Assembly (NCBI GenBank): GCA_965279525.1 | Contig: CBDIIB010000003.1 | Location: 512,001 to 576,000 of the forward strand | Reading direction: 5' to 3' | Length of the DNA: 64,000 bases | Source of the DNA: Tagaea sp. | GTDB taxonomy: Bacteria; Pseudomonadota; Alphaproteobacteria; CACIAM-22H2 | Part shown: positions 34,743 to 45,260 of the stretch, piece by piece | How the letters are laid out: each line of letters opens with the position of its first letter | Numbering within the stretch: the stretch's first letter is position 1 | Position numbers and translations under genes: made by a program | Notes under the pieces: generated by a model | Database searches by the model: none | Seen by the model: the letters and a program-made list of their open reading frames with translations, nothing else | What the model was told of the DNA's origin: nothing

Positions 34743-35495
34743 TTGGCGTTCTGCACCGACGACGCGCTTGCCTATGCGTCTTCGCGCCATCCGTTCGGGC
34801 CGGGGCAGTCCCTGGAACTGGGTGCCGACTACCGGCTTGCCCATCTGCCGCTCGTTGCGCCGGGACATACGCAAGCGATCCGGTCCGTCGAGGGGCGCGA
34901 CTATGTCGACGGGCGCTATGCCGCCGCGCGCGACGCGCTGGCCGTCGATCTGCCGGCCGAAGCGCTCGAAGCGGCCGCGCCCTATCGCGAACTCGAGGCC
35001 GAGATGCGCGCGAGCCGCTTCGCGGCGAAGGTCGCCTGGGATCTCGGCGCGCGGCGCCGCGATGTGCTGCACGCCACGCTGGCCGGTCCGATCGATGCGG
35101 CGGTGGCCGCACGCTGTGCCGACGAGACCGCGCGTTTCCTGAAAACCCATGGTGCGGTTTCGTTCCGGCTTGGCGGGCCGTTCGTCGGCAACCGCAACCA
35201 CGGGCGCATCTACCTGCCGATCTATCCGCAGACGATCGCCGGCGACGACGCGTTCGGCGCGCTGCAGACGGCCTGCGGGCGGCCGCGCTCGCGCTTCTAC
35301 GCGGTGGGCATGTGGCATCTGCGCGACGGCCTCGATGCCGCCGAAGCTTCGGCACTCGGTGCGCTTGTGGATAAGTGGTGGGGACGGGAAATCCTGCGGA
35401 TCGATGCCGCGCGTTTCGGGATCCTCAGCGTGCACGACGACCTCGCGCTGGACGGCGCAACTTGGCGCTGGATCGACTCGCGCGATTGCCCCTAG
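34743..35495 (+). CDS. Hypothetical protein, possibly 2H-phosphoesterase-like (TTG start uncertain)
   Basis: Fills the gap between the lipoprotein and dnaE on the same strand; single LHATL motif. Confidence 0.65.
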   Translation: MAFCTDDALAYASSRHPFGPGQSLELGADYRLAHLPLVAPGHTQAIRSVEGRDYVDGRYAAARDALAVDLPAEALEAAAPYRELEAEMRASRFAAKVAWDLGARRRDVLHATLAGPIDAAVAARCADETARFLKTHGAVSFRLGGPFVGNRNHGRIYLPIYPQTIAGDDAFGALQTACGRPRSRFYAVGMWHLRDGLDAAEASALGALVDKWWGREILRIDAARFGILSVHDDLALDGATWRWIDSRDCP

Positions 35496-35508
35496 GCTGG
35501 CCGCCGCC

Positions 35509-38500
35509 ATGCCCCATGCCGATTTCGTCCACCTGCGCGTCCACTCGGCCTATTCGCTTTCCGAGGGTGCCATCAAGATCAAGAAGCTGGTCGAGCTTGC
35601 GGGCAAGAACCGCATGCCGGCGGTGGCGATCGCGGATACCGGCAACCTGTTCGGGGCCCTCGAATTCTCGTCCGCCGCCGTCGACGCGGGCATCCAGCCG
35701 ATCATCGGCTGCAATCTCGGCATCCGGCGCGAGGCCGACGGCGGGGTCAACCGAAACGGCCGCAACCCCGAGCCCGACCGGCTGCTGTTCCTCGTGCAGG
35801 ACGAGAAGGGCTGGGCGAACCTTTCGTGGCTGTCGAGCCGCGCCTATCTCGACACGCCGAGCGGCGAGACGCCGCAGGTCGGCCTCGATCAGGTGGAGGC
35901 GCACGCCGAAGGCCTGCTGTGCCTGCTCGGCAATGTCGCCGGCCCGGTCGGGCGGCTGATCCTCGAAGGCCAGAACGCGGCGGCGGACGCCGTGCTCGAC
36001 CGGCTGACGCGTGCCTTTCCCGGCCGGCTCTATGTGGAACTCCAGCGCACCGGCCTGCCCGAGCAGGCGAAGATCGAAGCCGCACTCGTCGATCTTGCCT
36101 ATGCGCGCGACCTGCCGCTGGTCGCCACGAACGACGTGTTCTTCGCCGACGAGACGATGTCGGATGCGCACGATGCGCTGCTGTGCATCGCGGCGGGCCG
36201 CTATGTGGCCGATGCCGAGCGGCGCCGCTCGTCTCCCGGCTGCCGTTTCCGCACCGCCGCGGAGATGCGCGAGCTGTTCGCCGACCTTCCCGAGGCGGTC
36301 GACAACACGCTGACCGTCGCGCGCCGCTGCGCGTTCTGGGTCGGCGGGCGCAAGCCGATCCTGCCGGCATCCACGCGCGCCAAGGACAGTTCGGAGGCTG
36401 ACGCGCTTCGCGAACTCGCGCGCGCCGGGCTCGAACGGCGCATCGCCGAGACGGGCATCGCCGATGCGGTACCCTATCGCGAGCGGCTCGAGTTCGAGGC
36501 CGACGTCATCGTCAAGATGGGCTTTCCCGGCTATTTCCTGATCGTCGCGGACTTCATCCAATGGGCCAAGGCGCGCGGCATTCCCGTCGGCCCGGGCCGC
36601 GGCTCGGGCGCCGGTTCCGTCGTCGCGTGGGCGCTGACGATCACGGATCTCGATCCGCTGCGCTTCGGGCTGCTGTTCGAGCGCTTCCTCAATCCCGAAC
36701 GCGTGTCGATGCCCGACTTCGACATCGATTTCTGCCAGGACCGGCGCGACGAAGTGATCCGCTACGTGCAGGAAGCCTACGGCAACGACCGCGTGGCGCA
36801 GATCATCACGTTCGGAAAGCTGCAGGCGCGCGCGGTGCTGCGCGACGTGGGCCGCGTGCTCGGCATGCCCTACGGCCAGGTCGACCGCATCTGCAAGCTG
36901 GTGCCGAACAACCCGGCAGCACCCGTCACGCTCCAGCAGGCGATCGACGGCGAAAAGGTGCTGCAGGAGATGGTCAAGACCGACGAGGCGGTGGCCCGTC
37001 TCGTCGAGATCGCGCTGCACCTCGAAGGCCTCTACCGCCACGCCTCGACGCATGCGGCGGGTCTGGTGATCGCCGACCGGCCGCTGGAAGAGCTGGTCCC
37101 GCTCTACCGCGATCCGCGCTCGAACATGCCGGTCACGCAGTTCAACATGAAGGATGTCGAGAAGGCGGGACTGGTCAAGTTCGACTTCCTCGGCCTGAAG
37201 ACGCTGACCGTGCTGCAACGCGCGGTCGAGCTGATCGCGCGCAAGGGGGCGACAGTCGACATCGCGCACCTGCCGCTCGACGACAAGAGAACCTACGAAA
37301 TGCTCGCGCGCGGCGAGACGTCGGGCGTGTTCCAGCTTGAAAGCACGGGCATGCGCGACGCGGTGCGCCGCCTTCGCCCCGACCGGATCGAGGACATCAT
37401 CGCGCTCGTGGCGCTCTACCGCCCGGGGCCGATGGAGAACATCCCGAAATACATTTCCGTCAAGCAGGGGGCGGAGAAGCCGGACTATCTGCATCCCTCG
37501 CTCGAAGGCATCCTCAAGGAAACCTACGGCGTCATCATCTACCAGGAACAGGTGATGCAGATCGCGCAGGTGCTGTCCGGCTATTCGCTGGGCTCGGCCG
37601 ACCTCTTGCGCCGCGCCATGGGCAAGAAGATCAAGGAGGAGATGGAGGCCCAGCGCAAAAGCTTCGTCGACGGCGCCATCGCCAACGGCGTGGATTCCGG
37701 CAAGGCCTCGCAGATATTCGATCTCGTCGACAAGTTCGCCGGCTACGGCTTCAACAAGAGCCATGCGGCTGCCTATGCGATCGTCGCCTACCAGACCGCG
37801 TGGCTGAAAGCCAACCATCCGGTCGAGTTCTTCGCAGCGTCGATGACGCTCGACATCTCGAACACCGACAAGCTCAACCAGTTCCGCCAGGAAGTGGACC
37901 GGCTCGGCTACAAGACGCTGCCGCCGGACATCAACAGGTCGGAAGCCGTGTTCACGGTCGAGTATCCCGATGGACCGGCGGGCAAGGGCTGCGTGCGCTA
38001 CGCGCTGGCGGCGGTACGAAACGTGGGGCTCGCCGCGATGGAAACGGTGGTCGCCGAGCGCAAGGAAAACGGGCCCTTCAAGTCGCTGTTCGATTTCGCG
38101 CGCCGGGTCGATTCCAAGCAGGTCAACAAGCGCCAGCTCGAGAACCTCGCCAAGGCGGGTGCCTTCGACGGGCTGGAGCCCAACCGGGCGCGCGTGCTTG
38201 CCGCGATCGAGACGATCCTGCGCCTGGCGCAGTCGGCGGCGGAAGAGCGCGTGACCAACCAGATGAACATCTTCGGCGGACCGTCGGGCGGCAAGGTCGC
38301 CGATCCGCCGATGCCGCAGGTCGCCGACATGAAGCTGCACGAGCGCCTGCAGGCCGAGTTCGAGAGCGTGGGCTTCTATCTGACGGCGCATCCGCTCGAT
38401 GCCTATGCGGTGGGGCTGAAGCGCCTCGGCGTCGTGCGCTCGATCGACATCGCGCGCTCGCTCGCGGCGGGGGCCTCGAGCCGGGTCAAGCTTGCTGGCA

Positions 38501-38961
38501 CGGTGCTCGGCTTCAAGGAGCGCACGTCGGCCAAGGGCAACCGCTTCGCGTTCGTGCAGATGTCGGATGCCGGCGGCACGTTCGAGGTGATGCTGTTCTC
38601 GGAAATCCTGGCGAAGTCGCGCGAGCTTCTCGCCTCCAACCGTCCGCTGCTCGTATCGGCCGACGCGCGGGTGGAGGAGGAGAACGTCAAGCTGCTCGCC
38701 TCCGACATCCGCCCGCTCGACGAGGCGGTCGCCAACGCCGCGTCGGGCCTGCGCGTTTCGCTGGCGGATGCGGGGGCGCTCGCCGGTCTCAAATCGGCGA
38801 TCGGCAAGGCCGCGAAGGGGCGGGGTGCGATCCGCATCCAGCTGCAGACGGGCCCCGGCGAGGAAGTCGACGTGCGGCTCAAGGAAAGCTACGCGATCAC
38901 GCCGGAAATCCGGCGCGCGCTCGGCGACGTGCCGGGCATTCTCGAGGTCGTCGAGATCTGA
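35509..38961 (+). CDS. dnaE: DNA polymerase III alpha subunit
   Basis: FVHLRVHSAYSL PHP domain, GPGRGSGAGS, SMPDFDIDF, YGFNKSHA, OB fold. Confidence 0.98.
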   Translation: MPHADFVHLRVHSAYSLSEGAIKIKKLVELAGKNRMPAVAIADTGNLFGALEFSSAAVDAGIQPIIGCNLGIRREADGGVNRNGRNPEPDRLLFLVQDEKGWANLSWLSSRAYLDTPSGETPQVGLDQVEAHAEGLLCLLGNVAGPVGRLILEGQNAAADAVLDRLTRAFPGRLYVELQRTGLPEQAKIEAALVDLAYARDLPLVATNDVFFADETMSDAHDALLCIAAGRYVADAERRRSSPGCRFRTAAEMRELFADLPEAVDNTLTVARRCAFWVGGRKPILPASTRAKDSSEADALRELARAGLERRIAETGIADAVPYRERLEFEADVIVKMGFPGYFLIVADFIQWAKARGIPVGPGRGSGAGSVVAWALTITDLDPLRFGLLFERFLNPERVSMPDFDIDFCQDRRDEVIRYVQEAYGNDRVAQIITFGKLQARAVLRDVGRVLGMPYGQVDRICKLVPNNPAAPVTLQQAIDGEKVLQEMVKTDEAVARLVEIALHLEGLYRHASTHAAGLVIADRPLEELVPLYRDPRSNMPVTQFNMKDVEKAGLVKFDFLGLKTLTVLQRAVELIARKGATVDIAHLPLDDKRTYEMLARGETSGVFQLESTGMRDAVRRLRPDRIEDIIALVALYRPGPMENIPKYISVKQGAEKPDYLHPSLEGILKETYGVIIYQEQVMQIAQVLSGYSLGSADLLRRAMGKKIKEEMEAQRKSFVDGAIANGVDSGKASQIFDLVDKFAGYGFNKSHAAAYAIVAYQTAWLKANHPVEFFAASMTLDISNTDKLNQFRQEVDRLGYKTLPPDINRSEAVFTVEYPDGPAGKGCVRYALAAVRNVGLAAMETVVAERKENGPFKSLFDFARRVDSKQVNKRQLENLAKAGAFDGLEPNRARVLAAIETILRLAQSAAEERVTNQMNIFGGPSGGKVADPPMPQVADMKLHERLQAEFESVGFYLTAHPLDAYAVGLKRLGVVRSIDIARSLAAGASSRVKLAGTVLGFKERTSAKGNRFAFVQMSDAGGTFEVMLFSEILAKSRELLASNRPLLVSADARVEEENVKLLASDIRPLDEAVANAASGLRVSLADAGALAGLKSAIGKAAKGRGAIRIQLQTGPGEEVDVRLKESYAITPEIRRALGDVPGILEVVEI

Positions 38962-39075
38962 CCGGCGGCGCCGGATTTAGACGATGACTATTTAAGCGGA
39001 ATTGGTAAAGTGATACCCCGAATCGGGCAGGGGCCGTCGCGCAACGCGGGGTCTGCCGCAACGCCGCAGGACCGG

Positions 39076-39888
39076 ATGCCGTCGTCGCCATTGCAGAGCC
39101 GACTTGCCGAAGCGTCCGCGCTGTCGGACGTGCCGGACGGGGTATGGGCCTTCCTGCGCGCAGAACTGGACGAGGCGGTCTTCGGCGAGTTCGGCGAGCA
39201 TGCGCGCGTCGGCTTTACCGACACGCTCGTCGCCTGCGCGTTCGCGCGCCTCCTCGGGCATGTCGTGCGCGCACTGCCGGTGGCCGCGATCGTCGAGCAC
39301 GACCGGCAGGGCCCGGTGATGGTCGTCGGGCAGGTGGATGTCGAAACACTCGCCACAATCGAGGCGAGCCGGCTGGCGGTGTGCGATCCTGCCCTGGGCA
39401 TCCAGGGTGCGCGCGCATCGATCGGGAAGGTCGACTGGGCGGCGTTCCTGCGCACGCAGCGCCAGCTCCAGACGCCGCTGTTCCCGGATGGTGCCAGCCG
39501 CCATCTCGTCGTCGCCGCGCGCAACGCGATCTTCGACCCGGGACTGGGTGCACGGGTGCGCTGGCGCGTGCGCCTCTCGGCCGGCCAGCCGACGGTGGCG
39601 CCGTTGACGCGCGCCATCGGGCTGGCACGCGGCCGATGGATCATCGCGCACAAGGCCGGCATCGGCCCGTCGCTGTCATGCTTCTGGATGTCGACCGGCG
39701 AGCGGCCTATCCGGCGCGGCGATCCGGCGGCAGACCATCGCGCAGTCCGTCGCGCCGCCCGGCGCCTCGCGGACCGTTATCTGCGCGAAGACATCCCCGT
39801 CGAGCGGCCGCTTGCCGAGATTCTGGGCGCATTCGGATCGGAGCTGCGCGCCCTGTCGCGTGCGATGCCGCCGGAAAGCCGGGCGTGA
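39076..39888 (+). CDS. Hypothetical protein (about 270 aa; start could be 39010)
   Basis: Long ORF, AGGA RBS before ATG 39076, stop abuts the next gene; no family recognised. Confidence 0.65.
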   Translation: MPSSPLQSRLAEASALSDVPDGVWAFLRAELDEAVFGEFGEHARVGFTDTLVACAFARLLGHVVRALPVAAIVEHDRQGPVMVVGQVDVETLATIEASRLAVCDPALGIQGARASIGKVDWAAFLRTQRQLQTPLFPDGASRHLVVAARNAIFDPGLGARVRWRVRLSAGQPTVAPLTRAIGLARGRWIIAHKAGIGPSLSCFWMSTGERPIRRGDPAADHRAVRRAARRLADRYLREDIPVERPLAEILGAFGSELRALSRAMPPESRA

Positions 39889-39890
39889 CG

Positions 39891-40970
39891 ATGCAGCCCG
39901 AATCCCTCATCCAGCGTCTCCAGTCGATCGTCGACCGGCTCGGTCCGGACCGGACGACCGACCGGCGCGAGGCGGTCGAGCATCTCGCCGAATTCGTCGC
40001 CGCGATCGCCGCCGACGGTCCGGCGACCCGGTTCCAGATCCTCGCAGTCGAGCTGGTCCGCGCCATCATCCGCGAGATCGAGGTCCCGCTGCGCCGGCTC
40101 ATCGCCGAGCGCATCGCGCACGAACCAGGCGTCGCACCGTCGGTCGTGCGCATCCTCGCCAACGACGACATCGACGTGGCATGGCCGATTCTCGCGCAGT
40201 CGCAGGCATTGGGCGAGGCCGACCTCGTCGCGATCGCCAACGCCAGCACGGCCGGCCACCGCACCGCGATCGCCGGACGCGCCGACGTGTCGCTTGCCGT
40301 CAGCCAGTGCCTGGCGAGCTTCGGCGAGCGCGAGGTCGTCAACACCCTCGTCGCCAACGACCGGGCGCGCATCTCGCGCGAGGCCTTCGCGATCATCGCC
40401 GATCTCGCGCGCGGCTGGCCCGAACTGCAAGCGCCGCTCAGCCAGCGCGAAGACCTGCCGGCGGTCATCGCCTACGAGATGCTGGGCTGGGTCGCGGAAG
40501 CTTTGCACGGCTTCCTATTCAAGCGCCTGTCGGTGGACGCGGACGCGCTGCGCAAGGTGATCGCCGAAGCGGCCGACGACGCGGCTGCGCGCATGGCCGA
40601 GGACGGGCATGCGTTCGCACTTCTCGACGGCATGCTCGGCAGCTGGGGGACGTGGGACGAGGACCGGCTCATCGGGTTCCTGCAGCTGGCGAAGGCAGGG
40701 CGTGCCGACCTGTTCGAAGTGGCACTCGCCCAATATTGCGGGGAACCGCTGCGCCTCGTGCGCAAGGCCTGCCGGACTGCCGACTTCGGCGAGCTTGCGG
40801 TCATGTGCCGTGCCCGGGAGATCGGCGACGTCACCTTCGCCGCGATCCTCGAAGCACTTGCCGCCGGCCGCGAAGGTGCCGATGCGGCAGTCGCCGAAGG
40901 GATGCGGGCATTCGAGACCGTGTCGGCGGGGCAGGCCCGCGCGATCCGGTCGATGCGACCGGACTATTGA
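39891..40970 (+). CDS. DUF2336 domain protein
   Basis: LANDDIDVAWPILAQSQALGEADLVAI, HRTAIAGR, LVANDRARIS pattern typical of DUF2336. Confidence 0.85.
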   Translation: MQPESLIQRLQSIVDRLGPDRTTDRREAVEHLAEFVAAIAADGPATRFQILAVELVRAIIREIEVPLRRLIAERIAHEPGVAPSVVRILANDDIDVAWPILAQSQALGEADLVAIANASTAGHRTAIAGRADVSLAVSQCLASFGEREVVNTLVANDRARISREAFAIIADLARGWPELQAPLSQREDLPAVIAYEMLGWVAEALHGFLFKRLSVDADALRKVIAEAADDAAARMAEDGHAFALLDGMLGSWGTWDEDRLIGFLQLAKAGRADLFEVALAQYCGEPLRLVRKACRTADFGELAVMCRAREIGDVTFAAILEALAAGREGADAAVAEGMRAFETVSAGQARAIRSMRPDY

Positions 40971-41055
40971 AGGCCGTGCGGCAGCGTCGATGGACACTGT
41001 TGGGCACGGCAAGTATCGTCGGATGGCAGTCCTTGGTCGCAAGGCGGTGGGAGGA

Positions 41056-41727
41056 ATGAAGGCAGTACGCAACCGAAAGGCCGGCCGACCCGTCGGACGG
41101 CCGCCGGCCGAGTTCTCGGAAGACCTTCGCCGCAAGATCCTCGACGTCGCCGATGCGATGATCGAGCGCGACGGGCTCGAAGGTTTCGCGCTGCGCGAAT
41201 GCGCGCGGCGCGCGGGCATCTCGCATGGGGCGCCGGCGCACCATTTCGGCGACAAGACGGGCCTGCTCACCGAATTCGCGGCCGAAGCCTTCGACGATCT
41301 CGGCCGGGCGATCGACCGCCGCATGGCGCGCGCGGGCGGCGATTGCGTTCTCCGGCTGCGCGCGATGGCGGCGGCCTATATCGAGTTCGCGCTGGCCAAC
41401 CGCGCGAAGTTCCAGCTGATGTTCCGCGTCGACGTCGTCGACGGAACGTCACCGCGCCTGGCAGGTGCCCTGGAGGCGTGCCATGCGCGCATCTACGGCG
41501 CGATGACGGCGGCGCTGACGCAGAGCGGCCGGCTGATGGATCGGCGCACTATCGCGCGCATGACGCTTGCCTGGGCGTCGATCCACGGCTTTGCGGCACT
41601 CGCTCTCGACGGGGGCTTCGGCAGCCCGGTCTGGCCGAAGGCGCCGGCGCGCCCGGCCGGCGGCCGGCTCGTGCAGGAACTGCTCGACGGGGTGCTCGAC
41701 GAGATGTGCAAGGTGTTGGCGGGCTGA
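41056..41727 (+). CDS. TetR/AcrR-family transcriptional regulator (WHG-type C-terminal domain)
   Basis: HTH LRECARRAGISHGAPAHHFGDKTGLL; AWASIHGFA motif; GGAGG RBS. Confidence 0.92.
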   Translation: MKAVRNRKAGRPVGRPPAEFSEDLRRKILDVADAMIERDGLEGFALRECARRAGISHGAPAHHFGDKTGLLTEFAAEAFDDLGRAIDRRMARAGGDCVLRLRAMAAAYIEFALANRAKFQLMFRVDVVDGTSPRLAGALEACHARIYGAMTAALTQSGRLMDRRTIARMTLAWASIHGFAALALDGGFGSPVWPKAPARPAGGRLVQELLDGVLDEMCKVLAG

Positions 41728-41804
41728 GCCGGCCGGCGAAGGCGGCGGTTTGCCGTCCGCGTCTTTCGGGCTAAGGTTCGGGCTCGCGTACGGAGGATGC
41801 ACGG

Positions 41805-42326
41805 ATGGCCGTCGACCACCTGATCGGACGCTATTCCACCGGCGAACTGATTTTCCGCGAGGGCGATCCGGGCACGTTCGCGTGTCTCGTGCGCACGGGC
41901 CTTGTCGAGCTCTACCAGCCGCGCGACGGCAAGAATTTTCCGATCGCGACGGTCAAGCCGGGCCAACTGTTCGGCGAACTGGCCCTGTTCGACGGGGGCC
42001 CTCGCATGGCGGCGGCACGCGCATTGACGGAAGTCGAAGTCCACCGCATCGACCGGGAGAAGTTCGTCGCCGAACTCGACGCGCTCGACGAGTCGACTCG
42101 TCTCGTCATGAACGAACTGCTGCAGTTCGTCCGCGAGACGGTCCCGTTCAATCCCAGCGACAGCGCGCCCATCACCGGTGCGACGGCCGACCGCATCGCC
42201 GAACTGCGGCATTTCCTGCGCGGCATCGAGTTCGGCCGTGCGCTGACGCAAGGAACCAACGACTTCAGCCGCACGCTCGGCGAGCTTCTCGTCTATTACG
42301 CCAGCCGGCGCATGCCGCCCCAATAA
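41805..42326 (+). CDS. Cyclic-nucleotide-binding domain protein (no HTH evident)
   Basis: IFREGDPG, FGELALFDGGPRMAAARA phosphate-binding cassette; GGAGG RBS. Confidence 0.88.
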   Translation: MAVDHLIGRYSTGELIFREGDPGTFACLVRTGLVELYQPRDGKNFPIATVKPGQLFGELALFDGGPRMAAARALTEVEVHRIDREKFVAELDALDESTRLVMNELLQFVRETVPFNPSDSAPITGATADRIAELRHFLRGIEFGRALTQGTNDFSRTLGELLVYYASRRMPPQ

Positions 42327-42371
42327 TCTTCATATATCACAACATGTTGGCCCGGCACCCGGCGGCCACCC

Positions 42372-42400
42372 TTGCAAATCCGGCCGTCGTGGCGTAACAC
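42372..42400 (+). promoter_or_regulatory. Putative sigma70 promoter of rpsB-tsf
   Basis: TTGCAA-N17-TAACAC. Confidence 0.55.
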
Positions 42401-42406
42401 CCCGGC

Positions 42407-42560
42407 GCGCACGGGACATCCTGTTCCGATGTGACAAACCCTCACGCGGGACATTCGCGGTCGCCGGCGCCATATGCCAGCGGTCGTTCCGGTGCCCAAG
42501 CCCTTCGGGGCGACAGGTGCTCGTCCCGCGGCGGATCAACCGGAGAAAGGAAAATCGCCC
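42407..42560 (+). promoter_or_regulatory. Structured rpsB 5' leader (probable S2 autoregulatory RNA)
   Basis: Long leader in which cgcgggac (about 42445) can pair with gtcccgcg (about 42523); S2 autoregulation is known in other bacteria. Confidence 0.5.
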
Positions 42561-43451
42561 ATGGCGATGCCCGTGTTTTCTATGCGCCAGCTCCTCGAAG
42601 CCGGCGTGCATTTCGGCCACCAGACCCGTCGCTGGAACCCGAAGATGGCGCCGTTCCTGTTCGGCGTTCGTAACGGCGTCCACATCATCGACCTGCAGCA
42701 GACCGTGCCGATGCTCGACCGCGCCCTCCAGGCCGCGCGCGACGTTTGTGCGGGCGGCGGACGCGTGCTGTTCGTCGGCACCAAGCGCCAGGCGCAGGAT
42801 CCGATCGCCGAAGCCGCCAAGCGCTGCGGCCAGTATTTCGTCAACCATCGCTGGCTGGGCGGCATGCTCACCAACTGGAAGACGATTTCCAATTCGATCA
42901 AGCGCCTGAAGGAAATCGACGAGCGCCTCGCGGGCGACATGCCCGGCGGCTCGGCCTCGGGCGGCCTGACGAAGAAGGAACTGCTCTACATGACCCGCGA
43001 GCGCGACAAGCTCGAGCGTTCGCTGGGCGGCATCAAGGAAATGGGCGGCCTGCCCGACCTGCTGTTCGTGATCGACACGAACAAGGAAGCCATCGCGGTC
43101 GAAGAAGCGCGCCGTCTCAACATCCCGGTCATCGCGGTGCTCGACTCCAACAGCGATCCCAAGGGCGTCACGTACCCGATCCCGGGCAACGACGATGCGC
43201 TGCGCGCCGTGTCGACCTACTGCGAGCTGATGGCCAACGCCGTGCTCGACGGGCTGCAGGCCGAAATGAAGGCCGCCGGCGTCGACGTGGGTGCTGCCGC
43301 CGTGCTGCCGACCGCCGAGGTCGCGGTCGCCGCGGTCGAAGCGCCGGCCGTCGACGCGAGCGTCGTTCCGGACAAGGACGCGGCAGCCGCCGCAGAAGCC
43401 AAGCCGGCCAAGAAGTCGGCGCCGCGCAAGAAAAAGGCCTCGGCCGAGTAG
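42561..43451 (+). CDS. rpsB: 30S ribosomal protein S2
   Basis: [34 protein letters not shown]. Confidence 0.98.
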   Translation: MAMPVFSMRQLLEAGVHFGHQTRRWNPKMAPFLFGVRNGVHIIDLQQTVPMLDRALQAARDVCAGGGRVLFVGTKRQAQDPIAEAAKRCGQYFVNHRWLGGMLTNWKTISNSIKRLKEIDERLAGDMPGGSASGGLTKKELLYMTRERDKLERSLGGIKEMGGLPDLLFVIDTNKEAIAVEEARRLNIPVIAVLDSNSDPKGVTYPIPGNDDALRAVSTYCELMANAVLDGLQAEMKAAGVDVGAAAVLPTAEVAVAAVEAPAVDASVVPDKDAAAAAEAKPAKKSAPRKKKASAE

Positions 43452-43505
43452 GGCCGGGGTCCTTTTTCCGACACGAAACGAACTCGAACTTCGGGGACTG
43501 AAAGT

Positions 43506-44429
43506 ATGGCCGAGATCACGGCGGCGCTCGTCAAGGAGCTGCGCGAGAAGAGCGGTGCTGGCATGATGGATTGCAAGCGCGCGCTTTCCGAAAACCAGGG
43601 CGACATCGAAGCGGCGGTCGACTGGCTGCGCAAGAAGGGCCTCGCGGCGGCCGCCAAGAAGGCCGGCCGCGTCGCGGCCGAAGGCCTGATCGGCATCGCC
43701 TCCGAAGGCACGTCGGGCGGCATGGTCGAGGTCAACTCCGAGACCGATTTCGTCGCGCGCAACGACGCCTTCCAGGACTATGTGCGCAACGTCACGAAGG
43801 TGGCACTTGCCGCCGGCGAGGATATCGAGAAGCTGAAGACGGCCGCCTATCCGGGCGGCGGCTCGGCTGCCGACGCGCTGACGGCGCTCATCGCCAAGAT
43901 CGGCGAGAACATGTCGCTGCGCCGCGCGGCCGTGCTGAAGGTGTCGGCCGGCACCGTCGCCACCTACGTGCACAGCGCCGCGGCCCCCGGCCTCGGCAAG
44001 ATCGGCGTGCTCGTGGCGCTCGAAAGCACGGGCGACAAGGACAAGCTGACGGCACTGGGCCGCCAGATCGCCATGCACATCGCCGCGACAAATCCCCAGG
44101 CACTGGACATCGCGTCGGTCGATCCGGCCATGCTCGCGCGCGAGAAGGCCGTGCTCACCGAGCAGGCCGCGGCTTCGGGCAAGGCGCCGCAGGTCATCGA
44201 GAAGATGGTCGAAGGCCGCGTGCGCAAGTACTACGAGGAGACCGTGCTGCTCGAGCAGGTCTACGTCGTGGACGGCGAGACGCGCATCAAGGACGTGGTT
44301 GCCAACGCGGCCAAGGAACTTGGCGTGCCGGTCAAGCTCGCCGCCTTCCGCCGCTACGCGCTGGGCGAAGGCATCGAGAAGAAGGAAACCGACTTCGCCG
44401 CCGAAGTCGCCGCCCAGCTCAAGGCCTGA
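43506..44429 (+). CDS. tsf: Elongation factor Ts
   Basis: [26 protein letters not shown]. Confidence 0.98.
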   Translation: MAEITAALVKELREKSGAGMMDCKRALSENQGDIEAAVDWLRKKGLAAAAKKAGRVAAEGLIGIASEGTSGGMVEVNSETDFVARNDAFQDYVRNVTKVALAAGEDIEKLKTAAYPGGGSAADALTALIAKIGENMSLRRAAVLKVSAGTVATYVHSAAAPGLGKIGVLVALESTGDKDKLTALGRQIAMHIAATNPQALDIASVDPAMLAREKAVLTEQAAASGKAPQVIEKMVEGRVRKYYEETVLLEQVYVVDGETRIKDVVANAAKELGVPVKLAAFRRYALGEGIEKKETDFAAEVAAQLKA

Positions 44430-44463
44430 TCCGGTACCGGCGACGACAGGGAGGCAAGAGGCG

Positions 44464-45204
44464 ATGGCCAAAGCGGACAAGTCGAAAGCCGGACGGACCC
44501 GCTACCGGCGTGTCCTGCTGAAGGTGTCGGGCGAGGTGCTCGCCGGCAACGAGGCCAGCGGCCTCGATCCGGCGACCATCGATCGCATCGCCGCCGACGT
44601 GAAGCAGGTCCGCGATCTGGGCGTGCAGGTGGCGCTCGTGATCGGCGGCGGCAACATCTTCCGCGGCCTGTCGGGTGCCAAGCGTGGCATCGAGCGGGCC
44701 AACGGCGACTACATGGGGATGCTGGCGACGGTCATCAACGCGCTCGCCCTCCAGAATGCGCTCGAGGGCCTTGGCGTGCCGACCCGGGTCCAGTCCGCCA
44801 TCCCGATGGCGAGCATCTGCGAGCCCTACATCCGCCGGCGCGCGATGCGCCATATGGAGAAGGGCCGGGTCGTGATTTTCGGCGCCGGCACGGGCAATCC
44901 CTTCTTCACGACCGATACGGCCGCGGCTCTGCGCGCGTCGGAAATGGGCTGCGACGCGCTGCTCAAGGGCACCAAGGTCGACGGCGTCTATTCGGCCGAT
45001 CCCAAGAAGGTCAAGACCGCCAAGCGCTATGACCGGCTGACATACCGCGAGGTCATGGACCGCGATCTCGGCGTGATGGACGCCGCGGCGATCGCCCTCG
45101 CCCGCGAGAATCACATTCCGATTCTCGTGTTTTCGATCCAAAATCCCGGTGGATTCGCCCAGGTGATGACCGGGAAGGGCCGCTACACGACAGTGGCCGA
45201 TTGA
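44464..45204 (+). CDS. pyrH: UMP kinase
   Basis: [34 protein letters not shown]. Confidence 0.97.
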   Translation: MAKADKSKAGRTRYRRVLLKVSGEVLAGNEASGLDPATIDRIAADVKQVRDLGVQVALVIGGGNIFRGLSGAKRGIERANGDYMGMLATVINALALQNALEGLGVPTRVQSAIPMASICEPYIRRRAMRHMEKGRVVIFGAGTGNPFFTTDTAAALRASEMGCDALLKGTKVDGVYSADPKKVKTAKRYDRLTYREVMDRDLGVMDAAAIALARENHIPILVFSIQNPGGFAQVMTGKGRYTTVAD

Positions 45205-45260
45205 AGCCCCGGCCAGCCCCGTTTCGTCCGTTCGCGTTCCCTCTTCGAGGATAAAGAACC

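Noticed and set aside
35425-38391. 988-aa antisense ORF opposite dnaE, and similar long antisense or alternate-frame ORFs over lon, clpX, nuoL, rnj, rpsB-tsf and others
   Set aside because: Shadow ORFs expected from high-GC codon bias; low-complexity Arg/Ala/Gly-rich translations with no motifs, fully overlapping clear core genes
42338-42350. NrdR-box-like palindrome CACAACATGTTGG upstream of the rpsB promoter
   Set aside because: Single imperfect copy (NrdR boxes are usually tandem) and no ribonucleotide reductase gene nearby
43320-43451. Ala/Lys/Pro-rich C-terminal tail of S2 (and the similar tail on NuoC)
   Set aside because: Low-complexity extensions of this kind are common in alphaproteobacterial S2 and NuoC
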